From: an uncultured Candidatus Saccharibacteria bacterium
GTDB taxonomy: Bacteria; Patescibacteriota; Saccharimonadia; Saccharimonadales; Saccharimonadaceae
Assembly (NCBI GenBank): GCA_946548715.1
Contig: CAMNPZ010000002.1
Coordinates: 2,908-66,907 of the forward strand
Direction: 5' to 3'
DNA length: 64,000 nucleotides
Positions 19,213-30,184 of the stretch are shown piece after piece (the first letter of the stretch is position 1; each line of letters begins with the position of its first letter). Under the pieces are notes generated by a model. It did no database searches. It had not been told where the DNA came from and saw only the letters and a program-made list of their open reading frames with translations. A program made the position numbers and the translations under genes.

Positions 19213-19289
19213 TGGTGCGAGCGAAGAGACTCTAACTCTCGACCTCTTCCTTGGCAAGGAAGCGCTCTAAACAACTGAGCTACGCTCGC
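19213..19289 (-). tRNA. tRNA-Gly(GCC) with U19/A56 and A73
   Basis: gcgagcgtagctcagttgtttagagcgcttccttgccaaggaagaggtcgagagttagagtctcttcgctcgcacca. Confidence 0.93.
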
Positions 19290-19370
19290 ACATATTGCTA
19301 TTATAACATAGATTTTTGTTTTGTGGGAAAAATCGTGATATAATGGAAGCATAATTAAAAAAGGAGAAAA

Positions 19371-19949
19371 ATGTCTACAGGTGGAATAATAGCAATCGTA
19401 ATAGTCTTGGTGGTGTTGGCATTATTTGGGACTATTGTTGGTGCATATAATAGTTTGGTTAAACTGGACGAGCGAGTAAATGAGGCTTGGTCCGATATAA
19501 CTGTACAACTTAAGTATCGTGCGGATTTGATTCCGAACGTGGTGGAGACCGTGAAGGGTTATGCTAAGCACGAAAAGGAAACTTTCCAAATGGTCACCGA
19601 AGCTCGTACGGCTGCGATGGGCGCGAAAACTGTAAAGCAGGCGGCGGAGGCCGAGAAAGAAATGCAATCTGCACTTGGGCGGATTTTTGCGATTGCAGAG
19701 GCTTATCCAGAGCTTAAGGCGAACGAAAATTTTGTCAAGTTGCAAGAACAATTGCAAGACGTAGAGGATAAAATCCAAGCTGCACGTCGTTTTTACAATG
19801 CGGGTGCGAAAGAACTTAATACTAAGATTAAGACTTTCCCGACTAATTTGATTAATAATTTTGTTGGTCATTTCAAGATGCGTGAATATTTTGAGGTGGA
19901 AGAATCTGAAAAAGCACGCATCAAGGATGCTCCTGAAGTTAAGTTCTAA
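19371..19949 (+). CDS. lemA: LemA family protein
   Basis: N-terminal TM; YNSLV...AWSDITVQLKYRADLIPN; AYPELKANENF; AARRFYN. Confidence 0.95.
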   Translation: MSTGGIIAIVIVLVVLALFGTIVGAYNSLVKLDERVNEAWSDITVQLKYRADLIPNVVETVKGYAKHEKETFQMVTEARTAAMGAKTVKQAAEAEKEMQSALGRIFAIAEAYPELKANENFVKLQEQLQDVEDKIQAARRFYNAGAKELNTKIKTFPTNLINNFVGHFKMREYFEVEESEKARIKDAPEVKF

Positions 19950-20026
19950 CTATAATAATAAAGCGCTAGACTATGTTTTGAATTTATAGTTCGAACATAG
20001 TTTAAGCGTTTTAATAAAGGACTAAA

Positions 20027-20905
20027 ATGTATAAGCAAATTGCAGAAAATAAGCGAAGAACGATCTATATTATAATCGTGTTCGTGTTGATAATCGCGGC
20101 GATTGCGGCGCTTTTTGCATGGTATTATAAAGATCCTTGGATTGCGGTATGGACTATTGTGGCGGGGATAGTATATGCGGCGATACAATATTATGCGTCA
20201 GGAACTCTTGCGATGGTAATGTCGGGGGCAAAGGAGATTGAAAAAAAAGATAATCCTAGACTATATAATATAGTGGAGAATTTGTCGATTACAACTGGGT
20301 TGCCGATGCCAAAAGTCTATGTGGTGGAGGACTCGGCGCCAAATGCTTTTGCGACGGGGCGTGATCCGAAACATGCGGCGGTGGCTGCGACGACTGGTTT
20401 GATGGACATCATGAGCGACAAGGAATTGACTGCAGTGATGGCGCATGAGATGTCGCACGTAAAAAACTATGATATTCGGGTGTCGATGATTGTGTTTGGA
20501 CTCGTGTGTATAGTCGGTTTGATTTCTGATTTTGCGTTTAGAATGATGTTTTATGGCTCGAGGCGACGAGATAACGAGGGAAGTCCAGTAGGGTATGTTT
20601 TAATTATGATTGCGGCTGTATTATCTCCGCTCGTGGCGACTTTGGCGCAGATGGCGGTATCTAGACAGCGGGAATATTTGGCGGACGCGTCGGCGGTTAG
20701 TATTACGAGGTATCCGGAGGGCATGATTGATGCACTGAAGAAATTACAATCGCATAGTCAGCCGATGAAGAGCCAAAATATCGCAGCGGAGTCGATGTAC
20801 ATTAATAATCCGTTGCGCAAGGGATTCTTTAGCAATTTGTTGTCGTCGCATCCGCCGCTAGAAAAACGGATTGAAAGATTGGAACATGGCAAAGAAAAGT
20901 TCTAA
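20027..20905 (+). CDS. htpX: M48 zinc metalloprotease HtpX
   Basis: PNAFATG, AHEMSH (HExxH), SRQREYLAD, SHPPLEKRI. Confidence 0.95.
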   Translation: MYKQIAENKRRTIYIIIVFVLIIAAIAALFAWYYKDPWIAVWTIVAGIVYAAIQYYASGTLAMVMSGAKEIEKKDNPRLYNIVENLSITTGLPMPKVYVVEDSAPNAFATGRDPKHAAVAATTGLMDIMSDKELTAVMAHEMSHVKNYDIRVSMIVFGLVCIVGLISDFAFRMMFYGSRRRDNEGSPVGYVLIMIAAVLSPLVATLAQMAVSRQREYLADASAVSITRYPEGMIDALKKLQSHSQPMKSQNIAAESMYINNPLRKGFFSNLLSSHPPLEKRIERLEHGKEKF

Positions 20906-21686
20906 TGGTTCCTCGCCGCATAAGTCTTTCAAGCGGACTTATCGGGAGGATTACGTCAGGGAATTGAATGTGCCTGGTATGGGGCAGCATATTTATGAAG
21001 CATTTCGGATATTTTGTGTGAATTGGAAAGTATTTGTGCCGTTCTTGGTATTGACTTGTGTTTTGGAGGCTTTGGCTGCACGATTAACTCGTGAAACGAC
21101 GGCGGTGTTTACGGTGCTGATTTTTTTGATGATATGGCTGGTGACGATTTTCTTGGTGCGGCATATTAAAGCTGGACATAAAGTGACTTTGAGAGATGGA
21201 TTATATAATGCGATGACGCCACTGATATCATCGCTGATTGTGTTTGTAATAATTGTGGTTGAGTGCGTTCCACTATTCTTATTGATTATTGCCTATTCTG
21301 CCGCCGTGAAGACGGAATTTTTGACGATGCCGTTTTATGCGTTAATGTTTTTGGGTTTTGCTGGGTTAATGGTAACAATTTCGGGGTATTTGCTGTCTTC
21401 GTCTTTGATTGCTTTGTTGGCGGTAAGTGCGCCGGGGATGTATCCACTCAAGGCATTGACGACGGCGGCGGAATTGATGATGGGGCGTAGGATTCGGTTT
21501 GTTCTGCGGCTCATTGCTTTGCTATTAGTTGTGGGTGTGATTTACGCAGTATTTATTTTGCCGTTAGCAGCGCTTAAAGTGCCTATGGAAGTATTGTCGG
21601 TGATTGCGGCGTTTGTGGGGTGTTTTGGTGCGATTTATGTGACGATTTATCTTTATCTGTATTATCGTTATTTATTGGATGCGTGA
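20886..21686 (+). CDS. Hypothetical polytopic membrane protein
   Basis: Multiple hydrophobic segments; overlaps the htpX end. Confidence 0.75.
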   Translation: MAKKSSNGSSPHKSFKRTYREDYVRELNVPGMGQHIYEAFRIFCVNWKVFVPFLVLTCVLEALAARLTRETTAVFTVLIFLMIWLVTIFLVRHIKAGHKVTLRDGLYNAMTPLISSLIVFVIIVVECVPLFLLIIAYSAAVKTEFLTMPFYALMFLGFAGLMVTISGYLLSSSLIALLAVSAPGMYPLKALTTAAELMMGRRIRFVLRLIALLLVVGVIYAVFILPLAALKVPMEVLSVIAAFVGCFGAIYVTIYLYLYYRYLLDA

Positions 21687-23822
<2,136 letters not shown>

Positions 23823-23838
23823 TATAATGAAACTGTGC

Positions 23839-23914
23839 CTGGGTGTAGCACAGTTGGTAGCGCGCGACGTTTGGGACGTCGAGGTCGCAGGTTCAAGTCC
23901 TGTCACCCAGACCA
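23839..23914 (+). tRNA. tRNA-Pro(TGG)
   Basis: ctgggtg/cacccag acceptor, loop tttggga, CCA. Confidence 0.97.
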
Positions 23915-23927
23915 TTTTTGTAGCTAG

Positions 23928-24004
23928 CTGGGATTGGCGCAGCTTGGTAGCGCGCACGCATGGGGTGCGTGAGGTCAGGAGTTCAAATCTCCTATCCCAG
24001 ACCA
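23928..24004 (+). tRNA. tRNA-Pro(GGG)
   Basis: ctgggat/atcccag acceptor, loop atggggt, CCA. Confidence 0.97.
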
Positions 24005-24014
24005 TGATATGTAT

Positions 24015-24090
24015 CAGGGTGTGGCGCAGTTGGTAGCGCGCAGCGTTCGGGACGCTGAGGTCGTCGGTTCAAGTCCGATCACCCTGACCA
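24015..24090 (+). tRNA. tRNA-Pro(CGG)
   Basis: cagggtg/caccctg acceptor, loop ttcggga, CCA. Confidence 0.97.
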
Positions 24091-24107
24091 TTCGAGCCAT
24101 TCGAATT

Positions 24108-24133
24108 AAAGACCGCTGATGCGGCTTTTTTTT
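24108..24133. terminator. Terminator between the tRNA-Pro cluster and convergent pcrA
   Basis: aaagaccgc-tgat-gcggctttttt. Confidence 0.6.
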
Positions 24134-24158
24134 GATTGCTATTGATAAAGCATCATAA

Positions 24159-26315
24159 TCACTCAAAAACTGGTAGATCATCGGGGAAGGGGTCGAAATC
24201 GGAGTCGGGAAAATCGGAATCGTTAAAGAAATCGTCGGTAAAATTGGGGTCGGTGAAGCCATCGCCATCTTGGTCGCGATAGCCGGCGGAGCCGTAAGGG
24301 GAGGCACCATAGGGGTCGTAGCCAAGTTCGGTGAGAAAACGGGAAGGCATACTGTAACTGCGAGAACCATAGGAATAACGAGACTGAGCATATGTAAGGA
24401 AGAGACGCTCGCGGGCGCGAGTCATGGCGACGTAGGCGAGACGACGTTCTTCTTCGAGCTCGGCTTCATTATCGTAGGCGCGTGAGCCTGGGAAAAGTCC
24501 TTCTTCCATACCAACAATGAAGACAACGGGGAATTCGAGCCCCTTGGCGGCGTGCATGGTCATGAGTGTGACGGAATTATGGCCGGATGCTTCATCGGTG
24601 CTAGACATTAGGGTGGCGTCGGCGAGGAATTCTGGTAGAGTGTCATATTCGGAAGCGTTGCTCGCTAGGACCTCGAGGTTTTGCATGCGATCTTCGGCGG
24701 CGGGAGTGCCGTCGTCGGTGAGAGTGCGAAAATCAAAGTAATCTATAACGTGCTTGACAATATCGCCAGGGTTGTCTTCGAGGTTAGTTTTTTTAATAAA
24801 ATTGATGAGGCGGAGTAGGGCGTTACGGGCTTTGGCGGAATTGAGGATACTGGGAAGATCAGGATTAGTGAGAACATTTGGTTCGTCGATAGAATCGATG
24901 GCGTCGAGGAGTTTCTTGACTGAGACTTCGCCGATGCCAGAAAGGACGTTACTACAAACGCGGGCGAGACTGACTTTGTCGCGCTGATTGATAAGAAGAC
25001 GAAGAATAGCCATGGCGTCTTTGACTTCTTTGCGGTCGTAGAAACGGACGCCGCCGATGATTTTGTAGGGTATATGGTAGCTTAAGAAGGCTTTTTCGAA
25101 GGCGTAGGATTGAGCGTTGGTGCGATAAAGAATGGCGAAATCGGAAAAGTCGGGGTATTCTTTCTGGAGGTTGAGGATTTTCATGGCGACGAAGGTGGCT
25201 TCGGCGGTTTCGTCGCTCAAATTTTCAATATCGACTGGCTCGCCGGCTTCGGCGTCAGTGAAGAGGGTTTTGTCGGTGCGGGTTTTGTTCTCGCGGATGA
25301 TTTTCTGTGAAGCGGCGAGGATGTTCTTGGTGGAGCGGTAGTTTTGTTCGAGTTTGATAACTTTGGCGCCAGGGAAATCTTTTTCGAAATTGAGAATATT
25401 GGTAAAATCGGCACCACGCCAAGAGTAGATAGATTGCCAATCGTCGCCGACGACGCAAATGTTACGGTCTTCGTTGACAAGTAGGCGGACGATGTTGTAT
25501 TGAACGAGGTTGGTATCTTGATATTCGTCGATGAGGATGTGCTGGAATTTGGTTTGCCATTTGGCGCGGATGTCGGGATGGTTTTGGAGTAGTTCGAGCT
25601 CTTTTAGAAGGAGGTCGTCAAAATCGAGAGCGGAAGCTTTGGCTTTTTCGGATTCGTAGCGAGCGAAGATTTTGGCGATGTTTTTCTGGTTGGGATAGAG
25701 AGTAGTGGCGGCGTAATCTTCGGCGGAGTGGCCTTGGTTTTTCTCGCTACTGATGATGGATTGGATGGATTTGGGCTTTAATTGTTTATCGCTGGCGAGA
25801 CCGAGGTCTTTGATGATGCGGCGGATGAGGGAGACTTGGTCGTCGGTGTCGTAAATGACGAAATTGCGATCGAGATCCAGTGCGTCGGCTTCGATGCGCA
25901 GAATTTTGACTGCAATGCTATGAAAGGTGCCCATGTATGGCATGAAAGAGCGTGGCGGATTAGACGGTGCGGCATCTATATCTTGACTCGGGGCAATGCG
26001 GAGCGCGGCAGCGCGAGAGTTAGCGCCGTCCGCCCGTGGCGACGGGCCGGACGGACGCGGCCCCGAGTGAGATGTAGATGCCGTAACGTGTAATAGATGC
26101 CATAATCGTTCGCGCATTTCATTGGCGGCTTTGTTGGTGAAAGTGACGGCAAGGATGCGATGTGGGTCGATGCCGTGGGTGATGAGATTAGCGATACGAT
26201 GGGTGAGAGTTTTAGTCTTGCCAGAACCAGCACCGGCCAGAATAAGTAGTGGTCCGGATAATGTTTTGACCGCCTGACGTTGAGCCGGATTTAATTCCTC
26301 CAGTATTTTGTCCAT
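24159..26315 (-). CDS. pcrA: UvrD/PcrA SF1 helicase carrying an in-frame palindromic insertion
   Basis: AGAGSGKT, DEYQDTN, VGDDWQSIY, LEQNYRS, TMHAAKGLEF, EERRLAYVAMTRA. Confidence 0.96.
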   Translation of the reverse strand: MDKILEELNPAQRQAVKTLSGPLLILAGAGSGKTKTLTHRIANLITHGIDPHRILAVTFTNKAANEMRERLWHLLHVTASTSHSGPRPSGPSPRADGANSRAAALRIAPSQDIDAAPSNPPRSFMPYMGTFHSIAVKILRIEADALDLDRNFVIYDTDDQVSLIRRIIKDLGLASDKQLKPKSIQSIISSEKNQGHSAEDYAATTLYPNQKNIAKIFARYESEKAKASALDFDDLLLKELELLQNHPDIRAKWQTKFQHILIDEYQDTNLVQYNIVRLLVNEDRNICVVGDDWQSIYSWRGADFTNILNFEKDFPGAKVIKLEQNYRSTKNILAASQKIIRENKTRTDKTLFTDAEAGEPVDIENLSDETAEATFVAMKILNLQKEYPDFSDFAILYRTNAQSYAFEKAFLSYHIPYKIIGGVRFYDRKEVKDAMAILRLLINQRDKVSLARVCSNVLSGIGEVSVKKLLDAIDSIDEPNVLTNPDLPSILNSAKARNALLRLINFIKKTNLEDNPGDIVKHVIDYFDFRTLTDDGTPAAEDRMQNLEVLASNASEYDTLPEFLADATLMSSTDEASGHNSVTLMTMHAAKGLEFPVVFIVGMEEGLFPGSRAYDNEAELEEERRLAYVAMTRARERLFLTYAQSRYSYGSRSYSMPSRFLTELGYDPYGASPYGSAGYRDQDGDGFTDPNFTDDFFNDSDFPDSDFDPFPDDLPVFE
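25970..26083 (-). mobile_element. In-frame palindromic element, copy in pcrA (sense to the gene)
   Basis: cccgtggcgacggg at 26033-26046 on +; arms cggcatctatatct / agatgtagatgccg. Confidence 0.85.
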
Positions 26316-26333
26316 GTATATAATTGTAGCATA

Positions 26334-27884
26334 TTAAATGCCAGTGAGTGGAGTAATGTCGGCGCCGAGGTGGCGAAGGCGGGCGGCGAAATCTTGGTAG
26401 CCGCGATTGATGGGATAGACATTGCGAAGGATGGATTGGCCGGGGGCGGCAAGCATGGCGATAAGGATGACAACGGCGGGGCGAAGGGCCTGCGGCGCAA
26501 CGAGTTCGGCGGGGCGCCAGTTGGTGGGGCCTTCGATATAGACGCGATGGGCATCGAGGAGTTCGACTTTGGCGTTGAGGTTGGTGAGTTCGGTGGTATA
26601 GACGGCGCGGTTCTCAAAGACCCAGTCATGGATAAGAGTGCGACCCTTGGCGACGGCGGCGATGACGGAGAAGAACGGAAGATTGTCGATATTGAGGCCA
26701 GGGAAAGGCATGGGGTGGATTTTGTCGACAGGGGCGATGAGGCTGGACTTGTGGATGGTGAGGTCGACGAGGCGGGTGCGGTCGTTGGTGGAAAGGTATT
26801 CTGGGGATTTGCTGATGTGGGCGCCCATGGATTTGAGGACTTCAAGTTCGATTTCGAGAAATTCGATGGGGGCGCGACGGATGGTGATTTCGGAATGGGT
26901 GACGAGGCCGGCGGCGATGAAACTCATGGCTTCGATGGGGTCTTCGGAAATATGGTAGTCGACGTCTTGATTGATGAACGGGCGGCCTTGGACGACAAGA
27001 CGGGTAGTGCCGATACCAGAGATTTTGACGCCGAGCTGTTCGAGGAAGAAACAAACATCTTGAACCATGTAGTTGGGCGAGGCGCCGACGATAGTGGTCT
27101 TGCCTGGGGCAAGAGCAGCGGCCATGAGGACGTTCTCGGTGACAGTGTCGCCGCGTTCGGTGAGGACGATGTAGCGGTCGTGGTATTTATGAAGAGTATC
27201 TTGCTTAACCTCGACTTCGTAGAAACCACTATTACTCTCGGCGTCGACGGTGAGACCGAAGGATTTGAGGGCTTGCAGATGAGGCTCGACGGTGCGAGTG
27301 CCGAGGGAACAGCCACCAGCGTAGGGGATGCGGAATTTGGGATAACGATGGAGGAGTGGTCCTAAGAACATGATAATGGAACGGGTGCGACGGGCAGCTT
27401 CGACGTCCATTTGGTCGAGTTTCAATTCGCGGGGTGAGATAATCTCTAGGTCGCGATGGCGGTTGGTCCAGTGACATTTGACACCGATAGACTCCAGAAC
27501 TTCGATAATGCGGAAGACTTCTTCGATGCGGGCGAGGTGGTGTAAGGTGGTCTTGCCAGTATTCAGAAGAGAAGCGCAAAGTAGGCCGACGGCGGCGTTC
27601 TTGGAGGTATTGATGGTAATCTCACCGTGCAACTCGTTGCCACCGCGGATGCGGAAACTCTGTCCTGCAGAGTCGTTAATAGAGAGGATTTGACTGCCTA
27701 AAGCTTCGGAGAGGCGCTTGATCATGTCGAGGGAGATGTTCTGGCCGCCCTTTTCGATGCGGTGGATGGCGGACTGGGATGAGCCAACGGCGTCGGCTAG
27801 TTCTTCCTGAGTCCAGCCTTTGTCGGTGCGCATTTGTTCGATGGTTTCGCCAATCACTTCTTGATATGTCTTCATTTTCTTCAT
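26334..27884 (-). CDS. murA: XRE-type HTH fused to UDP-N-acetylglucosamine 1-carboxyvinyltransferase
   Basis: N-terminal WTQEELADAVGSSQSAIHRIEKG; SKNAA, AGGCSLGTR, TENVLMAA, LRHLGADI. Confidence 0.9.
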   Translation of the reverse strand: MKKMKTYQEVIGETIEQMRTDKGWTQEELADAVGSSQSAIHRIEKGGQNISLDMIKRLSEALGSQILSINDSAGQSFRIRGGNELHGEITINTSKNAAVGLLCASLLNTGKTTLHHLARIEEVFRIIEVLESIGVKCHWTNRHRDLEIISPRELKLDQMDVEAARRTRSIIMFLGPLLHRYPKFRIPYAGGCSLGTRTVEPHLQALKSFGLTVDAESNSGFYEVEVKQDTLHKYHDRYIVLTERGDTVTENVLMAAALAPGKTTIVGASPNYMVQDVCFFLEQLGVKISGIGTTRLVVQGRPFINQDVDYHISEDPIEAMSFIAAGLVTHSEITIRRAPIEFLEIELEVLKSMGAHISKSPEYLSTNDRTRLVDLTIHKSSLIAPVDKIHPMPFPGLNIDNLPFFSVIAAVAKGRTLIHDWVFENRAVYTTELTNLNAKVELLDAHRVYIEGPTNWRPAELVAPQALRPAVVILIAMLAAPGQSILRNVYPINRGYQDFAARLRHLGADITPLTGI

Positions 27885-28048
27885 AATAATGAATATATCA
27901 CGGGATGAATAAAATGTAAAGAGTTGAAGAATAAAGGGATGGATGGCTTGTGGGACGAAAAAAGTTTTTCTGTTGCCAAAAATGATTAAGCTTGTGGTAT
28001 AATGGTAGAAAGCTTAATAATATTGCAATATTGATTAAAAACAAGGAA

Positions 28049-29998
28049 ATGGAGCCAATGGGTAGAAACTATACAAAGACAAATCTCATCATGCGTAGTA
28101 GCGTTAGTCTACTAATGCTGACTATGATTAGTGGGCTAGTATTAATTAGTAATAAGGCCTCCGCAGACTCATCGGCGGTATCTACGGCATCCATTACGGT
28201 ACCAGTGGCTTGTACGATGCGAGGAACGGGAGTGGACTCACATACGGCTACGCTCGCACCTAATACCTACTCTGGTGCTTCCGGCTCTGGATACGAAAAC
28301 GGCATCGGTAAAACTACTCTCACTGCTATATGTAATGATGATAATGGTTTCTCCATCTATGCTATAGGATACACTGGTAATTCATATGATTCAGAAAACC
28401 ATACTAAGCTAGTTGGTTCTACTACGGGTGGTACTATAGCTACTAAAGCTTATGCAAGTGGAGACACTACATCCAACTGGTCCATGAAACTAACCAAGGT
28501 CACTAACACATCTGAATCCTATAATCCACAGAACCTAACCATTCAAAGTGATACAGAAGGCTCATTCGATACATGGCACAGTATCCCATCTGCATATGCT
28601 AAAGTAGCAGAATACCACGCTAATACTGGTTCATCTACTACCGATACTACACTCGGCGTTAAACTAGAAACCACCTATGCAGCCTACATCTCATCCTCTC
28701 AGCCAGCCGATACTTATGTAGGACAAGTTAAATACACCATGGTGCATCCATATACAGAAGCACCATTACAACCACAAACTGCAACATCAGGATGTATTAA
28801 CTACTTCCCAAATGGCAGTAACGTAGATGGTACTATGGGCTGTCAACCAATCTCAAGTACTGATACATCCGCTACGCTTCTAGCTTCTAACTTCAGTAGA
28901 ACTGGCTATGGCTTTGCAGGTTGGTCTAACAAGTTTGATTATGCTACTAATCCAAATCAAGAAGGCATTAAGTTCTACGGCCCACAAGAAGATATAACCT
29001 TCACTGCAGGTGAATACACTGGCAGTAACAATGGTCTAGCTCTCTATGCTGTCTGGGTAAAAAGTGTAGGCAATCTTCAAGATACTGCCAAAGTTGCTAC
29101 ACTTTGTGGAACGGGAGCGGGTAGCTTAATCAAGGCCAATGAGGCTACCAATATCCTAAGCCAAAGTATTACTGCCCTTTCTGATTCTCGCGACAATAAT
29201 ACCTATGCCATCGCCAAACTAGCTGATGGTAAATGCTGGATGATTGAAAACTTGCGTCTAGACAACTCTGCCTCACTCACTCTCGCAAATACTAATAATC
29301 CGCTAAACGATGGCACTAATGTCACTCTCAAACATAGCTATTCAGATACCGAAACATATAACACTCTTTCTGCTTCACAAGATCCCACTACGACTGCATG
29401 GTGCCAATCCAATAGTGCTTCCTGCTATGATCAATCTATGCTATTTACTGGTAATACTACTAACCGTGCTTCCTATGAAACTGGAGCTACGATGATAAAT
29501 AATGACAATATCTATTCCTACGGCAACTACTACAACTGGTACTCCGCCACAGCAGGTAGAGGCGCATATAGCTTTAGCACTTACAATAATAGTGTCGCAG
29601 GCGACCTATGTCCTGCTGGTTGGCACCTACCAAAAGGTGGTGATAAATCAAATGAAGCTAACAACGAATTCTGGTCATTAGTAGTTACTGGTATTAATAA
29701 TGGCACAAATCCAGCTAATTATGAAAGTAGTACTACACCGTATTACACGGGTACTCCAGAAGGTACGGATGCTTCTAATAAAATGAGAGCTTATCCTAAC
29801 AATTTTGTCTATTCCGGCAACGTCTACAGTGGCTCGGTGTACAGTCGCGGCTCGAACGGCGGCTTCTGGTCGTCTACGGCGTACTCGTCCCGCAACGTCT
29901 ACTACCTGAGCCTGGGATCGTCCTACGCCGACACAGGCACATTCAACGCCAACAAGTATAACGGGAGGACAGTGCGCTGCGTCGCCTCCGGCGTTTAG
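28049..29998 (+). CDS. Secreted protein with C-terminal Fibrobacter succinogenes major paralogous (CLec-like) domain, paralogue 1; start revised to ATG 28049 or 28058
   Basis: Signal peptide; DSRDNNTYAIAKLADGKCWMIENLRL, YGNYYNWYSATAG, LCPAGWHLP, FWSST...VRCV. Confidence 0.85.
   Translation: MEPMGRNYTKTNLIMRSSVSLLMLTMISGLVLISNKASADSSAVSTASITVPVACTMRGTGVDSHTATLAPNTYSGASGSGYENGIGKTTLTAICNDDNGFSIYAIGYTGNSYDSENHTKLVGSTTGGTIATKAYASGDTTSNWSMKLTKVTNTSESYNPQNLTIQSDTEGSFDTWHSIPSAYAKVAEYHANTGSSTTDTTLGVKLETTYAAYISSSQPADTYVGQVKYTMVHPYTEAPLQPQTATSGCINYFPNGSNVDGTMGCQPISSTDTSATLLASNFSRTGYGFAGWSNKFDYATNPNQEGIKFYGPQEDITFTAGEYTGSNNGLALYAVWVKSVGNLQDTAKVATLCGTGAGSLIKANEATNILSQSITALSDSRDNNTYAIAKLADGKCWMIENLRLDNSASLTLANTNNPLNDGTNVTLKHSYSDTETYNTLSASQDPTTTAWCQSNSASCYDQSMLFTGNTTNRASYETGATMINNDNIYSYGNYYNWYSATAGRGAYSFSTYNNSVAGDLCPAGWHLPKGGDKSNEANNEFWSLVVTGINNGTNPANYESSTTPYYTGTPEGTDASNKMRAYPNNFVYSGNVYSGSVYSRGSNGGFWSSTAYSSRNVYYLSLGSSYADTGTFNANKYNGRTVRCVASGV
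29813..29998 (+). other. Putative DGR variable region (VR)
   Basis: Abrupt switch from T-ending to C/G-ending codons in the last ~60 codons of a CLec-type domain; followed by hairpins. Confidence 0.6.
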
Positions 29999-30033
29999 CG
30001 TTTCTCTGTCGTGCCGTTCCAGAGTCCAGGAAA

Positions 30034-30119
30034 GTTCAAAGGTTTGTCGTAAGACAAACACTTTGAACGGGGCCGCTGCTCTGCGGCGGCCCCACCCTTG
30101 CTTGCTTTGCAAGCAAGGG
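30034..30119. other. Three tandem hairpins downstream of the putative VR
   Basis: gttcaaaggtttgtc-gtaa-gacaaacactttgaac (30034-30068); ggggccgctgc-tct-gcggcggcccc (30069-30093); cccttgcttgc-ttt-gcaagcaaggg (30095-30119). Confidence 0.85.
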
Positions 30120-30184
30120 AAACGGACTTAAAATGCGAAAATGGAGTTTCGCGATTTCGGATTGTTTGATGCTATAATTGGTAC

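Noticed and set aside
26370-27365. 331-aa ORF antisense to murA (and similar antisense ORFs over ligA, pcrA, pyk, arcC, clpC)
   Set aside because: Shadow frames produced by strong strand-biased codon usage of the real genes; no motifs.
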